A stretch of 64,000 nt of DNA from Mobula hypostoma (Eukaryota). Under the pieces are notes generated by a model. That model searched no databases and was not told where the DNA came from. It saw only the letters and a program-made list of their open reading frames with translations. Below are positions 37,330 to 48,592 of this stretch, piece by piece. The stretch covers positions 238,082,001-238,146,000 of the forward strand of contig NC_086097.1 of the NCBI RefSeq assembly GCF_963921235.1, given 5' to 3'. The stretch's first letter is position 1. Every line of letters begins with the position of its first letter. Both the position numbers and the translations under genes were made by a program.

Positions 37330-38530
37330 GAGGATGGTGATGGTCCTTAATGATAGATGCTAACTTCTCAAGGCATAGCCTTTTGAAGATGTACTCAGTA
37401 GTGGGGCAGCTAGTGCTCATGAGGAAGCTGGCTGAGTTTACAAACTTCTGCAGCTTTTTTCGAAACAGTGCACTGGTGCCTTCATACCGGATGGTGATAC
37501 AACCAGTCAGAATGCTCTCCACAAAAGCAGAAAAAGAGCACCATTCACAGACTACAACAGGCTTCTGCTGGTAATGGGAAGAGGATCTGTCCTGGATGGC
37601 GAGGGTCCCCAATTATGGATGCCGCTTTCTTAAGCCCCTCCTTTTGAAGGCGTCCTCCATAGCAGAGAGGCCTAGTGCCCATGATGGAGTTGGCCAAGTC
37701 TACAATCATTTGCAGCTTTATTCTTGTGCAGTGAGTGGCTCTTCCACACCAGGTGGTGTTGCAACAGGCAGGATGCTCTCCAAGGTACATCAGTAGAAAT
37801 TTGCTTGAGTTTTTTGTGGCATACCAAAATCTCCTCAAACTCTTAATGAAGTATAGACACCAGCATACCTTATTTGTGACTGCATCAGTCTGTTGGGTCA
37901 AAGACAGATCACGTCCTGTCCTGATGAAGGGTTTCAGCCTGAAGCATTGATTCTTTATTCCTTTCCAGAGCTGCTGCCTGGCCTCTGAATTCCTCAGGTA
38001 TTTTGTGTGTGCAACACAGGATTTCCAGCATTTTGTAGATTTTTTTTTTGTGTTTATACAGTCGATCCTCTGAGACATTAATGCCCAGGAATTTCAAGCT
38101 GCTCACCCTTTCAACTGCTGATCCCTCAGTGAGAAGCAACTGAAGCCGATGTTTGGATGCCAGTTTAGGCACAGGGCCAGACTGAAACGTTAATGGTGTT
38201 GGGGTTTGAGGTGAGGGATGGACCAGTTTAGCTCACTGCTCCGCTCTGTGCTGAACTAAGGGTCTGTGGACAGACTCTCTTTGTGGACTTCAGCTCACAA
38301 TGCTATTTGCTTTTTCTCTCTGCACATTGGGTGTTTGACAGTCTTTTTTTAAATCAGTTCTTTTGGGTTTCTTTGTTTCATGGCTGCCTTTCAGGAGACA
38401 AATCTCAAGGTTGTATAATGTATACATACGTTGATAATAAATGTACTTTGACTTTGAGAACTGTTGTGCATTCTCCCGACTTCCCTTTGCTGAAGTCCAC
38501 AATCAAATCTTACTGTCTCACTGACATTGA
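37330..38530 (-). mobile_element. Rex1-type LINE fragments with nested Penelope repeat and non-autonomous repeat
   Basis: VESILTGCIT, KKLQK.VNSA, VERVSSLKFLGI; inserts at about 37912-38055 and 38130-38455. Confidence 0.7.
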
Positions 38531-38874
38531 GAGTAATTCGCTCCTGCATCCTTTTTACTTCATGCAATTTTGAGCGTTGAGCCTTATCATCCTGTACTAC
38601 CTTCTAAACTTACACTGCCACTGCATTCACTTTCTTGTAAGTGACAGTCTGCCTCCTCAGGTTTGATCGCTGGTGCATCCAGGACATATTTTATCCTGAT
38701 TTTGTCAGCATCAACTCCCCTGAGACAGTAAAAAAAAAACTACTTAAGCACAGGAACTCTCTGTCAGATCTTTCCTAGAGATACTGAGGCTGGAATGAGT
38801 GAGTATCTTATTCAATTGGACACAGACATTGAAATAACCAGCTGAACTGCTGCTCAATCAAATTTTTATTGTGT

Positions 38875-39495
38875 TGCAACACACATGAACTGCTGGAGAA
38901 ACTCTACTGGTCAGGCAGCATCTATGGAAATGAAAAACAGTCAACATCCCAGGCTGGGACCCTTCTTCAGGACTGAGAAGGAAGGGGGAAAGATGCCAGA
39001 ATAAAAAGCTGGGTGGGAGGGGAAGAGTCTAGTTGGAGGTGATAGGTGAAGCCAATTGGATGGGAAAGATAAAGCGCTGGAGAAGAAGGAATCTGATAGG
39101 AGATGATTATGGACAATCAGAGAAAGAGAAAGAGGGGACACAGGGGGAAGTAATAGGCAGGTGAGGAGAAGTAAAAGGTTCAAGTGGGGAATAAAGGAAA
39201 GGAGGGGAATTTGTTTACTGGAAGGAAAAATCGATATTCATGCCATCAGATTGGAGGGTACCCAGATAGAACATAAGGTGTTGCTTCTCCACCCTGAAGG
39301 TGGCCTCATCTTGGTACAAGAGGAGGCCATGGACTGACACATCAGAACAGGAGTTAGAATGGGAATTGAAAAGTTTGAGAACCAGGAAGGCCTGCTTGTA
39401 GCAGATGGTGTGGAGCTGCTCGATGAAGCTGTACGCCAAGTTACGGTGGGTCTCACTAACGTAGAAGAGGCTACATTGAGAGCACCAGACACAAT
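38875..39495 (-). mobile_element. Penelope-like element 3' fragment with terminal repeat
   Basis: Minus strand ends ATFRVEKQHLMFYLGTLQSDGMNIDFS, followed by the terminal repeat with a decayed hammerhead. Confidence 0.85.
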
Positions 39496-39889
39496 AGAAG
39501 TTGAAGTTTACTGTACTGTAGGGAACTTAATAAATAAAAATAAAATCTGAAGCAAAGATGAATCATGCCTCTCCCATAGCTTCTGAGGGCATTAATTACT
39601 TCAATAAACCAAGTTAATCTGGTTAAGGCTTAAAGATCTGAAGAGAACTACAGGTACTTAGACACTCCCAGATATATCCTGAAAAACTGCAGATCCACTA
39701 TATGTCCCAGACTTGCTCAGTGGCAAATGCAGTCATGTCACTGAGCACTGAAACAAAAAGACCTTCCATCCCAGTCTAATAGGGTAACCATAAGACCATA
39801 AGACCATTAGACAAAGGAGCGGAAGTAGGCCATTCGGCCCATCGAGTCTGCTCCGCCATTTTATCATGAGCTGATCCATTTTATCCTAT

Positions 39890-42805
39890 TTAGTCCCACT
39901 GCCCCGCCTTCTCACTATAACCTTTGAAGCCCTGGCTACTCAGATACCTATCAATCTCTGCCTTAAATACACCCAATGACTTGGCCTCCACTGCTGCCCA
40001 TGGCAACAAATTCCACAGATTCACCACCCTTTGACTAAAAAAATTTCTTCGCATTTCTGTTCTGAATGGGCGCCCTTCAATCCTGAAGTCATGCCCTCTC
40101 GTACTAGACTCCCCCATCATGGGAAACAACTTTGCCACATACACTCTGTCCATGCCTTTTATCATTCGAAATGTTTCTATGAGGTCTCCCCTCATTCTTC
40201 CAAACTCCAAGGAATACAGTCCAAGAGCGGACAAACATTCCTCATATGTTAACCCTCTCATTCCCAGAATCATTCTAGTGAATCTTCTCTGTACCCTCTC
40301 CAACGTCAGCACATCCTTTCTTAAATAAGGAGACCAAAACTGCCCACAGTACTCCAAGTGAGGTCTCACCAGCGCCTTATAGAGCCTCAACATCATATCC
40401 CTGCTCCTATACTCTATTCCTCTAGAAATGAATGCCAACATTGCATTCGCCTTCTTCACTACCGACTCAACCTGGAGGTTAACTTGAAGGGAATCCTGTA
40501 CGAGGACTCCCAAGTCCCGTTGCATCTCAGAACTTTGAATTCTTTCCCCATTTAAATAATAGTCTGCCCGTTTATTTTTACTGCCAAAGTGCATAACCAT
40601 ACACTTTCCAACATTGTACTTCATTTGCCACTTCTCTGCCCATTCTTCCAATCTATCCAAGTCTCTCTGCAGACTCTCCGTTTCCTCAACACTACCGGCC
40701 CCTCCACCTATCTTCGTATCGTCAGCAAACTTAGTCACAAAGCCATCTATTCCATAATCCAAATCGTTGATGTACAATGTAAAAAGAAGCGGCCTCAACA
40801 CTGATCCCTGTGGAAAACCACTGGTAACCAGCAGCCAACCAGAATAGGATTCTTTTATTCCCACTCTTTGTTTCCTGCCAATCAGCCAACGCTCTATCCA
40901 CGTATGTAACTTTCCTGTAATTCCATGGGCTCTTATCTTGTTAAGCAGCCTCATGTGTGGCACCTTGTCAAAGGCCTTCTGAAAATCCAAATATACAACA
41001 TCCACTGCATCTCCCTTGTCTAGCCTACTGGTAATTTCCTCAAAAAATTGTAATAGGTTTGTCAGGCAGGATTTTCCTTTAAGGAATCCATGCTGAGTTG
41101 TGCCTATCTTGTCATATGCCTCCAGGTACTCTGTAACCTCATCCTTGACAATCGACTCCAACAACTTCCCAACCACCGACGTCAAGCTAACAGGTCTATA
41201 ATTTCCTTTTTGCTTCCTTGCCCCCTTCTTAAATAGCGGAGTGACATTTACAATCTTCCAGTCTTCTGGAACCATGCCAGAATCTATCGACTTTTGAAGG
41301 ATCATCGCTAATGCCTCCGCAATCTCCACAGCTACTTCCTTCAGAACACGAGGGTGCATTCCATCTGGTCCAGGAGATTTATCGACCTTTAGCCTATTCA
41401 GCTTCCTGAGTACTTTCTCTGTCGTAATTGTGACTGTGCACACTTCTCTTCCCTGCCACCCTTGAGTGTCTGGTATCCTGCTGTCTTCCTCAGTGAAGAC
41501 TGATGCAAAATACTTGTTCAGTTCCTCTGCCATCTCCTCATCTCCCATTACAATTTCTCCAGTATCATTTTCTATCGGTCCTATATCTACTCTCACCTGT
41601 CTTTTACTCTTTATATACTTGAAAAAGCTTTTAGTATCCTCTTTGATATTATTTGCTAGTTTCCTTTCATAGTTAATCTTTTCTCTCTTAATGACCTTCT
41701 TGGTTTCCTTTTGTAAGGTTTTAAAGACTTCCCAATCCTCTGTCTTCCCACTAATTTTTGCTTCCTTGTATGCCCTCTCTTTTGCTTTAACTTTGGCTTT
41801 GACTTCTCTTTGCAACCACGGTTGCATCCTTTTTCCACTCGAAAATTTCTTCTTTTTTGGAATATACCTGTCTTGCACATTCCTCATTTCTCGCATAAAC
41901 TCCAGCCACTGCTGCTCTGCTGTCTTTCCCGCCAGTGTCCCTTTCCAGTCAACTTTGGCCAGTTCCTCTCTCATGCCACTGTAGTTTCCTTTACTCCACT
42001 GAAACACCAACACATCAGATTTTGGCTTCTCTTTTTCTAATTTCACAGTGAACTCAATCATGTTATGATCACTGTCTCCTAAGGGTTCCTTCACCTCAAT
42101 CTCTCCAATCACCTCCGGTTCATTACACAATACCCAATCCAGTACAGCCGATCCCCTAGTGGGCTCAACAACAAGCTGTTCTAAAAAGCCATCTCGCAGA
42201 CATTCTACAGATTCTCTCTCTTGAGATCCAGTGCCGACCTGATTTTTCCAATCTACTCGCATGTTAAAATCCCCCACAATTATCATAACACTGCCCTTCT
42301 GACAAGCCTTTTCTATTTCCAGTTGTAATTTGTAGTCCACGTCCCCGCAGCTGTTTGGAGGCCTATAAATAACTGCCATCAGGATCCTTTTACCCCTGCT
42401 ATTCCTTCGCTCAACCCATAAAGATTCTGCACCTTCCGATCCTATATCACCTCTTTCTAATGATTTAATATCATTTCTTACCAATAAAGCCACGCCTCCC
42501 CCTTTGCCTACCTTCCTATCCTTCCGATACACCATGTATCCTTGGACGTTCAGCTCCCAGAGACATGCATCCTTTAGCCAGGTCTCAGTGATGGCCACAC
42601 TATCATACCTGCCAATCTGTAGCTGTACGACAAGATCATCCACCTTATTCCTTATGCTGCGTGCAGTTAAGTACAACACCTTAAGACCAGTAATTGATAC
42701 TTTTTGCTTTGATTTCACTGCAACTTTATTGCACTGCAACTCATCCCAATGGCTACACATTTGCCCCATCACCTGCCTGTCTTCCCTGACATCTTTACTG
42801 CTCAC
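39890..42805 (-). CDS. CR1 ORF2: APE endonuclease plus reverse transcriptase (frame open upstream to 42889)
   Basis: 971-aa frame with ITETWL, IYRPP, GDFN, LD, SDH (APE) and YRPVSLTS, DFQKAFD, PQGSVL, FADD (RT). The track start is GTG; first ATG at about 42769. Confidence 0.95.
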   Translation of the reverse strand: MSSKDVREDRQVMGQMCSHWDELQCNKVAVKSKQKVSITGLKVLYLTARSIRNKVDDLVVQLQIGRYDSVAITETWLKDACLWELNVQGYMVYRKDRKVGKGGGVALLVRNDIKSLERGDIGSEGAESLWVERRNSRGKRILMAVIYRPPNSCGDVDYKLQLEIEKACQKGSVMIIVGDFNMRVDWKNQVGTGSQERESVECLRDGFLEQLVVEPTRGSAVLDWVLCNEPEVIGEIEVKEPLGDSDHNMIEFTVKLEKEKPKSDVLVFQWSKGNYSGMREELAKVDWKGTLAGKTAEQQWLEFMREMRNVQDRYIPKKKKFSSGKRMQPWLQREVKAKVKAKERAYKEAKISGKTEDWEVFKTLQKETKKVIKREKINYERKLANNIKEDTKSFFKYIKSKRQVRVDIGPIENDTGEIVMGDEEMAEELNKYFASVFTEEDSRIPDTQGWQGREVCTVTITTEKVLRKLNRLKVDKSPGPDGMHPRVLKEVAVEIAEALAMILQKSIDSGMVPEDWKIVNVTPLFKKGARKQKGNYRPVSLTSVVGKLLESIVKDEVTEYLEAYDKIGTTQHGFLKGKSCLTNLLQFFEEITSRLDKGDAVDVVYLDFQKAFDKVPHMRLLNKIRAHGITGKLHTWIERWLIGRKQRVGIKESYSGWLLVTSGFPQGSVLRPLLFTLYINDLDYGIDGFVTKFADDTKIGGGAGSVEETESLQRDLDRLEEWAEKWQMKYNVGKCMVMHFGSKNKRADYYLNGERIQSSEMQRDLGVLVQDSLQVNLQVESVVKKANAMLAFISRGIEYRSRDMMLRLYKALVRPHLEYCGQFWSPYLRKDVLTLERVQRRFTRMILGMRGLTYEECLSALGLYSLEFGRMRGDLIETFRMIKGMDRVYVAKLFPMMGESSTRGHDFRIEGRPFRTEMRRNFFSQRVVNLWNLLPWAAVEAKSLGVFKAEIDRYLSSQGFKGYSEKAGQWD

Positions 42806-42873
42806 TATCTTAGATTTATTTCTGTTTTCCCCTTCCTCCGCTCTATCATTCCGGTTCCCATCCCCCTGCCAAA

Positions 42874-42945
42874 TTAGTTTAAACCCTCCCTAACAGCTCT
42901 ATTAAACTTTCCCGCCAGGATATTGGTCCCCTTCGGATTCAAGTG
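42874..42945 (-). pseudogene. CR1 ORF1 C-terminal remnant (SGNH esterase-like end)
   Basis: HLNPKGTNILAGKFNRAVREGLN*, typical of the end of esterase-type CR1 ORF1. Confidence 0.8.
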
Positions 42946-44196
42946 GGAAGTCCTGGCTCTGTAAATTAAATGGAATTTGTAATATTTCTGAATATCTGAG
43001 CCATTAGAAACTTGCAAAGCCTTGATGGGTGTAGTGGCCAAACTAAACCAAACCAAACCAAAACTAAAACAATTACCACTGCCAGCAACTTTGTTATCCT
43101 TGCATGATGTGCCCTCCCTCCTTTAATAACTGCTCCAAAACCTAAGGATATATATTCGATACCCTATTAGCAATTAGCAAACAATCTTGAAGCAATGAAA
43201 CTTAAGCATACCCATGTGCAAGCTAAATGTAATTGAAGGTTATTGAGCTGTCAGCAAAAGATACGACCTCTGTCAGTCCCCAGCTGCCTCAGTCTGTGAT
43301 GAAAAAAGAATGAATACTTGACTTATTCCCTTTGCTTTAACCACACCCCTACGCATGTGACTGGTTACCATAATAAACACAGAACACAGAATACAATGCA
43401 GATCGAGAACAGGTGTATGGTTCCTACAATAGGCTTATGACTCTCTTTCATTTTTGCCTCCTCTTAACTGCATGCAAGTTTTCTGGAGGTGGGACCTCAA
43501 TAGTATAAGACTCATTAAAGGATCCCAAGGATTATTTACTTCTCAGACCTGAATATGCCTCATTGCATATCTCTGAAGAACAGAGGTTAGTCCTAAGAGT
43601 GGGCCGGTGTAGTTTGTAAGCAGTGGGCCGAAATCAGATCAATATTCACTTAGGAAAACACTGATTTTGTAAAGTAGGCATCTGCTGTTAATATGTCGAA
43701 CCAAATAGGAGGCAGTGGGTTTTCGCGCTCTCTCTCTCTCTCTAAAACTAAATGGGCCACATCTTGCTGACTATTGTCAACGATTCCATCCATTTTAACT
43801 ATTTAAAAGGCAGCAAGTCTTTGACTTAAACACGTGCACATCTGGAGGCGGTGATGCTGCTCAGTCTGAAGCAGGGTGTCCTGGGATAACAACATTTGCC
43901 TTCAACATCTGGATCTGTTTAGTATGGATGCAGGGGGAGTGTGGAAAGCAGTGCAGAGGGTGGGATTGGCAGGACAAGGCAATCTGTCCAACAATTTTTA
44001 ATCCATTTTTCCATAGGTTTTAACAACTCCCTGCACCTAAAGTTAATTGACAATTACTTTAAATGTATTAATACAGATCAACTGAAGCTATTAATGATAT
44101 TTTAAAATGTGACTGGAGGGTTTTTTTTTGGCAGCAAAGCAACCACAGCAACATGATGACTTAGATATTTCAACAGCAGTTAAGTGTAGTAATATG

Positions 44197-45780
44197 TCAG
44201 TGACATCCGGCCCAGATCGGACACCTGGACGAGCAAAGACCTGTGCTAATTAAGTGGCTGGAGTGTTCACTGAAATCTTTCACCTCCTGCTTCAGCAGCC
44301 TAAGGTACCCACCTGCTACAAGCATCCTACAATTACACCGGTGCCCAAGAAGAATGTGGTAACCTGCTTCAATGACTATCGTCCAGTAGCACTTACATCC
44401 ACTGTGATAAATTGCTTTCAGAGGTTGGTGATGGAAACATATCAACTCCCACCTGAGAAACGACCTGGATCTGCTCCAGTTTTCCCACCGGAGCAACAGG
44501 TCCACAGCAGATGCCACCTCATTGGCTCTTCACTCAACCTTGGAACATCTGCATATCAGAATGCTCTTTATTAACTGCAGCTTACCATTCAATACCGTCA
44601 TCCCCTCAAAAAACTAATCAAAACGCTTCAAGACCTTGGCCTCAATGCCTCCTTGTGCAGTTGGACTCCTTATTTCCTCATGTGCGGACCCCAGTCAATT
44701 CAGATCGGCAACAATATCTCCTTTACAATGTCTGTCAGCATAGGTGCACCACAAGGCTGTGGGTTTAGGCCCCCTACACTACTCACCTTATACATATCAC
44801 TGTCAGGCTAAGCACAGCTCCAATGGCATATTTATGTTTGCTGACGACATCAGTATCACAGGCCAAATCAAAGGTGGTGATGAATCAGCGCAGAGGAGGG
44901 AGATTGAAAATCTGGCTGAATGGTGCCACAACTTTAATGTCAGCAAGACCAAGGAGCTGGTTATTGAATTCAGGAGGTAAAAAAACAGAGCCAGTCCTCA
45001 TCGGGGGATCAGAGAGGAGAGGGTCAGAAACTTTAAGTTCCTTGAGTTTATTATTCCAGAGAACCTGTCCTGGGCCCAGCATGTAAGTGCAATTACAAAG
45101 AAAGCACAGTAGTGCCACTACTTCCTTAGGAGTTTACAAAGATTTAGCCTGATATCCAAAACTTTGACGAACTTCTATAGATGGGTGGCGGAGAGTTTAT
45201 TGACTGGTTGCATCATGGTATGAAAATACCAATGCCTTTGAAAGGGAAAATAGTGGATATGGCCCAGTCCATCATGGGTAAAGCCCTCCCTACCATTGTG
45301 CACATCTACATGGAGCATTGTTGCAAGGAAGCGGAATCCATTGTCAAGGACTCCCACCATCCAGGCCATGCTTTCTTATCGCTGCTGCTATCAGGAAGAA
45401 GGTACAGGAGCCTCAGGACCCGTACCACCAGGGTCAGAAATGGTTGTTACCCCTGAACCATCAGGCTTATGAACCAGAGGAGTCCACTTCACCAGCCCTT
45501 GAACTGTTTTCACAAACTATGGATTCACTTTCAAGGACTCTTCATCGCTTGTTCTCAATATTTATTGCTTATTTATTTATTATTATTATTTTTTTTAAAT
45601 TTTGGTATTTTCCCAGTTTGCTGTCCTTTGTACTTTGGTTATTGGGTGTTGTCCTTAATTGATTCAATTATGTTTCTTAGATTTACTGTGTACGGCCGCA
45701 AGAAAATGAATCTCTGGGTTGCATATGGTGACATATTTGTACTTTGATAATAAATTTACATTGAACGTTGAACTTTGAAC
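44197..45780 (+). mobile_element. Rex1/Babar-type LINE, degenerate RT to tail
   Basis: PVPKK..VTCFNDYRPVALTS, GAPQG, FADD, NVSKTKELVI, HPGH..LSLL.SGRRYRS; several frameshifts; (TTTGAAC)n tail. Confidence 0.9.
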
Positions 45781-46136
45781 ATAACTTTGTGTATAGTTTT
45801 ATACCATGGACATTTCATGCCAACATTCCAGCTAAAATGTGAATGCATTTACAATCTTAAAGATAATTACTTTGCTGGTTAGCAGTGGAAAGTAAGTTTC
45901 AACAATTCATTGAGATAACTGAATGTTACATCACAACAGTGAAACTTAGGCCTCCTTTCCCTGGATTTGTTTCTAAGCAAATGCCTTATAAATGGCGATT
46001 CTCCAACATCAGATTTCTGAATGGTCCATGAACCCATGAAAACAAGTTTGTTTTTTTTGTTCATTTTGTAACTCATAGTAACTTAATGTCTTTGCACTGT
46101 TCTGCTGGTGCAAAACAACCAATTTTATGTCATACA

Positions 46137-47398
46137 TATTCAGCGGCCTTTTTATTGGGTACCTCCTGTACCTAACAAAGTGGCCACTGAGTGTATGTTC
46201 ACTGTTTTTTGCTGCTGTAGCCCGTCCACTTCAAGGTTCGACATGCCATTCATTCAGAGATGCTCTTCTGGACACCACTGTTGTGATGCATAGCTATTCG
46301 CGTTACTGTCACCTTCTTGTCAGTTTGAATCAGTCTGACTATTGTCTTCTAACCTCTCTCATTAAAAAAACATTTTTGTGCATAGAACTGCCACTCACTG
46401 GATGTTTGTTTTTTGTTTCTCGTTTCTTGCACCAATCTCTGTAATCTCCAGAGGCGGTTGTGTGTGAAAATCCCAGGAGATCAAACCACCCCGTCTGGCA
46501 CCAACAATCATTCTATGGTCAAGGTCAGTTACTTCACATTTCTTACCCATTCTGATGTTTGTCTGAACAACAATTGAACCACTTGGCCATGTCTGCATGC
46601 TTTTATATTGTAATGCTCTGGTTAACGTTTTTACTGGTATACTGTAGGTACTTCATTTTAGCAGTTCTGCAAGAGCTGTCTGTTCTGCTTTCAGTCTATT
46701 TAGGTTGTTGTTGAAGATAAGGGATGCTGAGGAATGTGTGACATCCTGTTCGGATCTTGGAACTGGGAGAAGGTTCAAGAGAACACTGGGGGGTGGGGGA
46801 AAGGTTTTGTGAGGGACACTAACATTGGTCTTGGTCTTTATTCAGCGGGAGATGAAGAGAGAAAATACTGGAGGGAACCGGTTGGAAAATACGATTCAAT
46901 GGAGCCAAGGTGTGGAGATCTACCAAGGATCGGTGAAGATTTGGAAGATTTGAGCTCCAATCTGTGCACATTTGACTGCTTAATTTTAACGGGCCCTTTA
47001 TAGTTTTTTTTTCTTTTCTTCAGTAATTCGTTGGCTAAGATAACATTCACAAAGATATTTCTTTGTAATTGCAGTGTGTGATCTGTTATTTCATGCTGAT
47101 GGGCTATTGTTGGGCAATAAATCACACAGCATTCACACAAACTGGTGTTTGGTGGGCGAGACATCCCAACCCCTTGTATTTGGCGGGACCAACGTCATAT
47201 ATTCCCTAGACATATGAAGCCTGAGAAAGATGGGTTCTCGCTGCGGAATCCAGTGGCTCTTAGCAAGGGGCTACAAGCCTTATTTCCAGAGATGCCCAGT
47301 AAACAGGGGTTTCAATACACTGAGTTGCTATCATGTGATTGGCTGATTAGATTTTTGCTTTATCGTACAGGTGTACCTAATAAAGTGGTCACTGAGTG
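46137..47398 (-). mobile_element. Tc1-like non-autonomous element, split by a solo LTR
   Basis: TIR gtgtacctaataaagtggtcactgagtg|TA at 47371-47400; minus strand MGKKCEVTDLDHRMIVGARRGG; same family as 25545-26547. Confidence 0.85.
46609..47314 (+). mobile_element. Solo LTR
   Basis: TGTAA...TTTCA termini; TSD ATAT/ATAC; removing it restores the Tc1-like sequence. Confidence 0.85.
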
Positions 47399-47671
47399 TA
47401 AGTCATAACAATAAAATCTGATTCAGATTCTGTTATTTTTTATTTTGTGTACTTACATTCCATTATGCCATTGTATGCCACGGTTTTAGTTCTGAAGCTT
47501 GTGTATTATTTTCGGTTTATTTAATCAGCTTTGAAGGCTGAATGCACTCAGATTAAATCTACAGGTTAACTGTGTCAGATTTTTCTTGACATATTACTAT
47601 AAAGATGTCATGGTCAACTTCACACCAAGTAAACAAGACAGAAATTGACAATTCACAAACCAGGGAACATG

Positions 47672-47749
47672 CAGTACTGTGCAAAAGTCTAAAAAAAATA
47701 CATACACACACACACACAGCTAGGGCGCTTAAGACTTTTGCACAGACTG
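47672..47749. mobile_element. Solo Tc1-type mini-MITE (78 bp)
   Basis: cagtactgtgcaaaagtct ... aagacttttgcacagactg inverted ends around a (CA)n spacer. Confidence 0.8.
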
Positions 47750-47901
47750 CAAATAGCAATGAGATCTGCTCCCTGATGAGCTCGATGCCTTTTTTGCTTG
47801 CTATTAGGGAATATTCTGGAATAAATTTAGCAGATATTAATTCAAGCAAAAACCAGTCTTCAGTTCTTAATGTAAATTGTAATTTGCATGCAGTTGAAGT
47901 A

Positions 47902-48430
47902 CAGTACTGTGCAAGTCTTAGTCGCACTCGCTATATATGTGCCTAAGACTTTTGCACACTACTGTAGTAAATTTATGCAATGCACGGTACTGCTGCAAAA
48001 AAAACCCAAATTTCATGAGATATGTGAGTGATGATAAACCTGATTCTGATATGGATCTCTATTGTGGACTGAGAGTGGGAAGCGGACAGGGAGAAGGGAG
48101 TTATTGTTGGGAATGGGAGAAGTGTGAGGGGAAGGAGTGGGAAGCACCAGGGTGACATTCTGTAATGATGAATAAACCAATTGTTTGGAATCAAATGACC
48201 TTGCTTGGTGTCCAAAGTCCGGGTGTGCCTGCACCCGTGACACCACCTGCCCCAGCACGGCTTCTCTGTCACCTGTCCCACACCCCTCCCACGGTGTTCC
48301 ATCCTCGCCATTTCCAACATCCTTTGTTCCTGCCACGTTTACAAACTCACTCTCCACCACGCAGACAAATACAGTACTGTCTTAGGCACCCTAGCTATAT
48401 ATATGTGTCTAAAACTTTTGTACAGTACTG
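47902..48430. mobile_element. Composite non-autonomous DNA element, copy 2 (opposite orientation)
   Basis: TA-flanked; end MITEs 47902-47964 and 48372-48430; core is the reverse complement of copies 1 and 3. Confidence 0.85.
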
Positions 48431-48482
48431 TAACTTTAATCTACAATATAGCACACACTCACTGCTTCGGACTAACTGATAG

Positions 48483-48592
48483 GTCTTCCTTCCGTTAGTC
48501 CTGACGAAGGGTCTCGGCCCGAAACGTCGACTGTACCTCTTCCTAGAGATGCTGCCTGGCCTGCTGCGTTCACCAGCAACTTTTATGTGTGT
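48483..48592 (+). repeat. Penelope-type terminal repeat fragment, little decayed
   Basis: gatgctgcctggcctgctgcgttcaccagcaacttttatgtgtg, the repeat found at the ends of Penelope fragments here; CpGs retained. Confidence 0.85.
48496..48533 (+). ncRNA. Minimal type I hammerhead ribozyme motif
   Basis: UAGUC-CUGACGA-A-GGGU(CUCG)GCCC-GAAAC-GUC-GACUG: core boxes, stem I AGUC/GACU, stem II, palindromic ACGU stem III, GUC cleavage triplet ending at 48528. Confidence 0.8.

Larger units (their letters stand above)
39787..42945 (-). mobile_element. CR1 LINE, 5'-truncated within ORF1, complete ORF2 and 3' UTR
   Basis: ORF1 end, ORF2, 3' stem gggccgaatggcct-type and (ACCATAAG)n tail are contiguous. Confidence 0.97.

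Noticed and set aside
39890..42805. Domesticated RT gene, retron or other novel RT system
   Set aside because: Ordinary CR1 context with ORF1 remnant, 3' stem and tandem tail, with many sibling fragments nearby.
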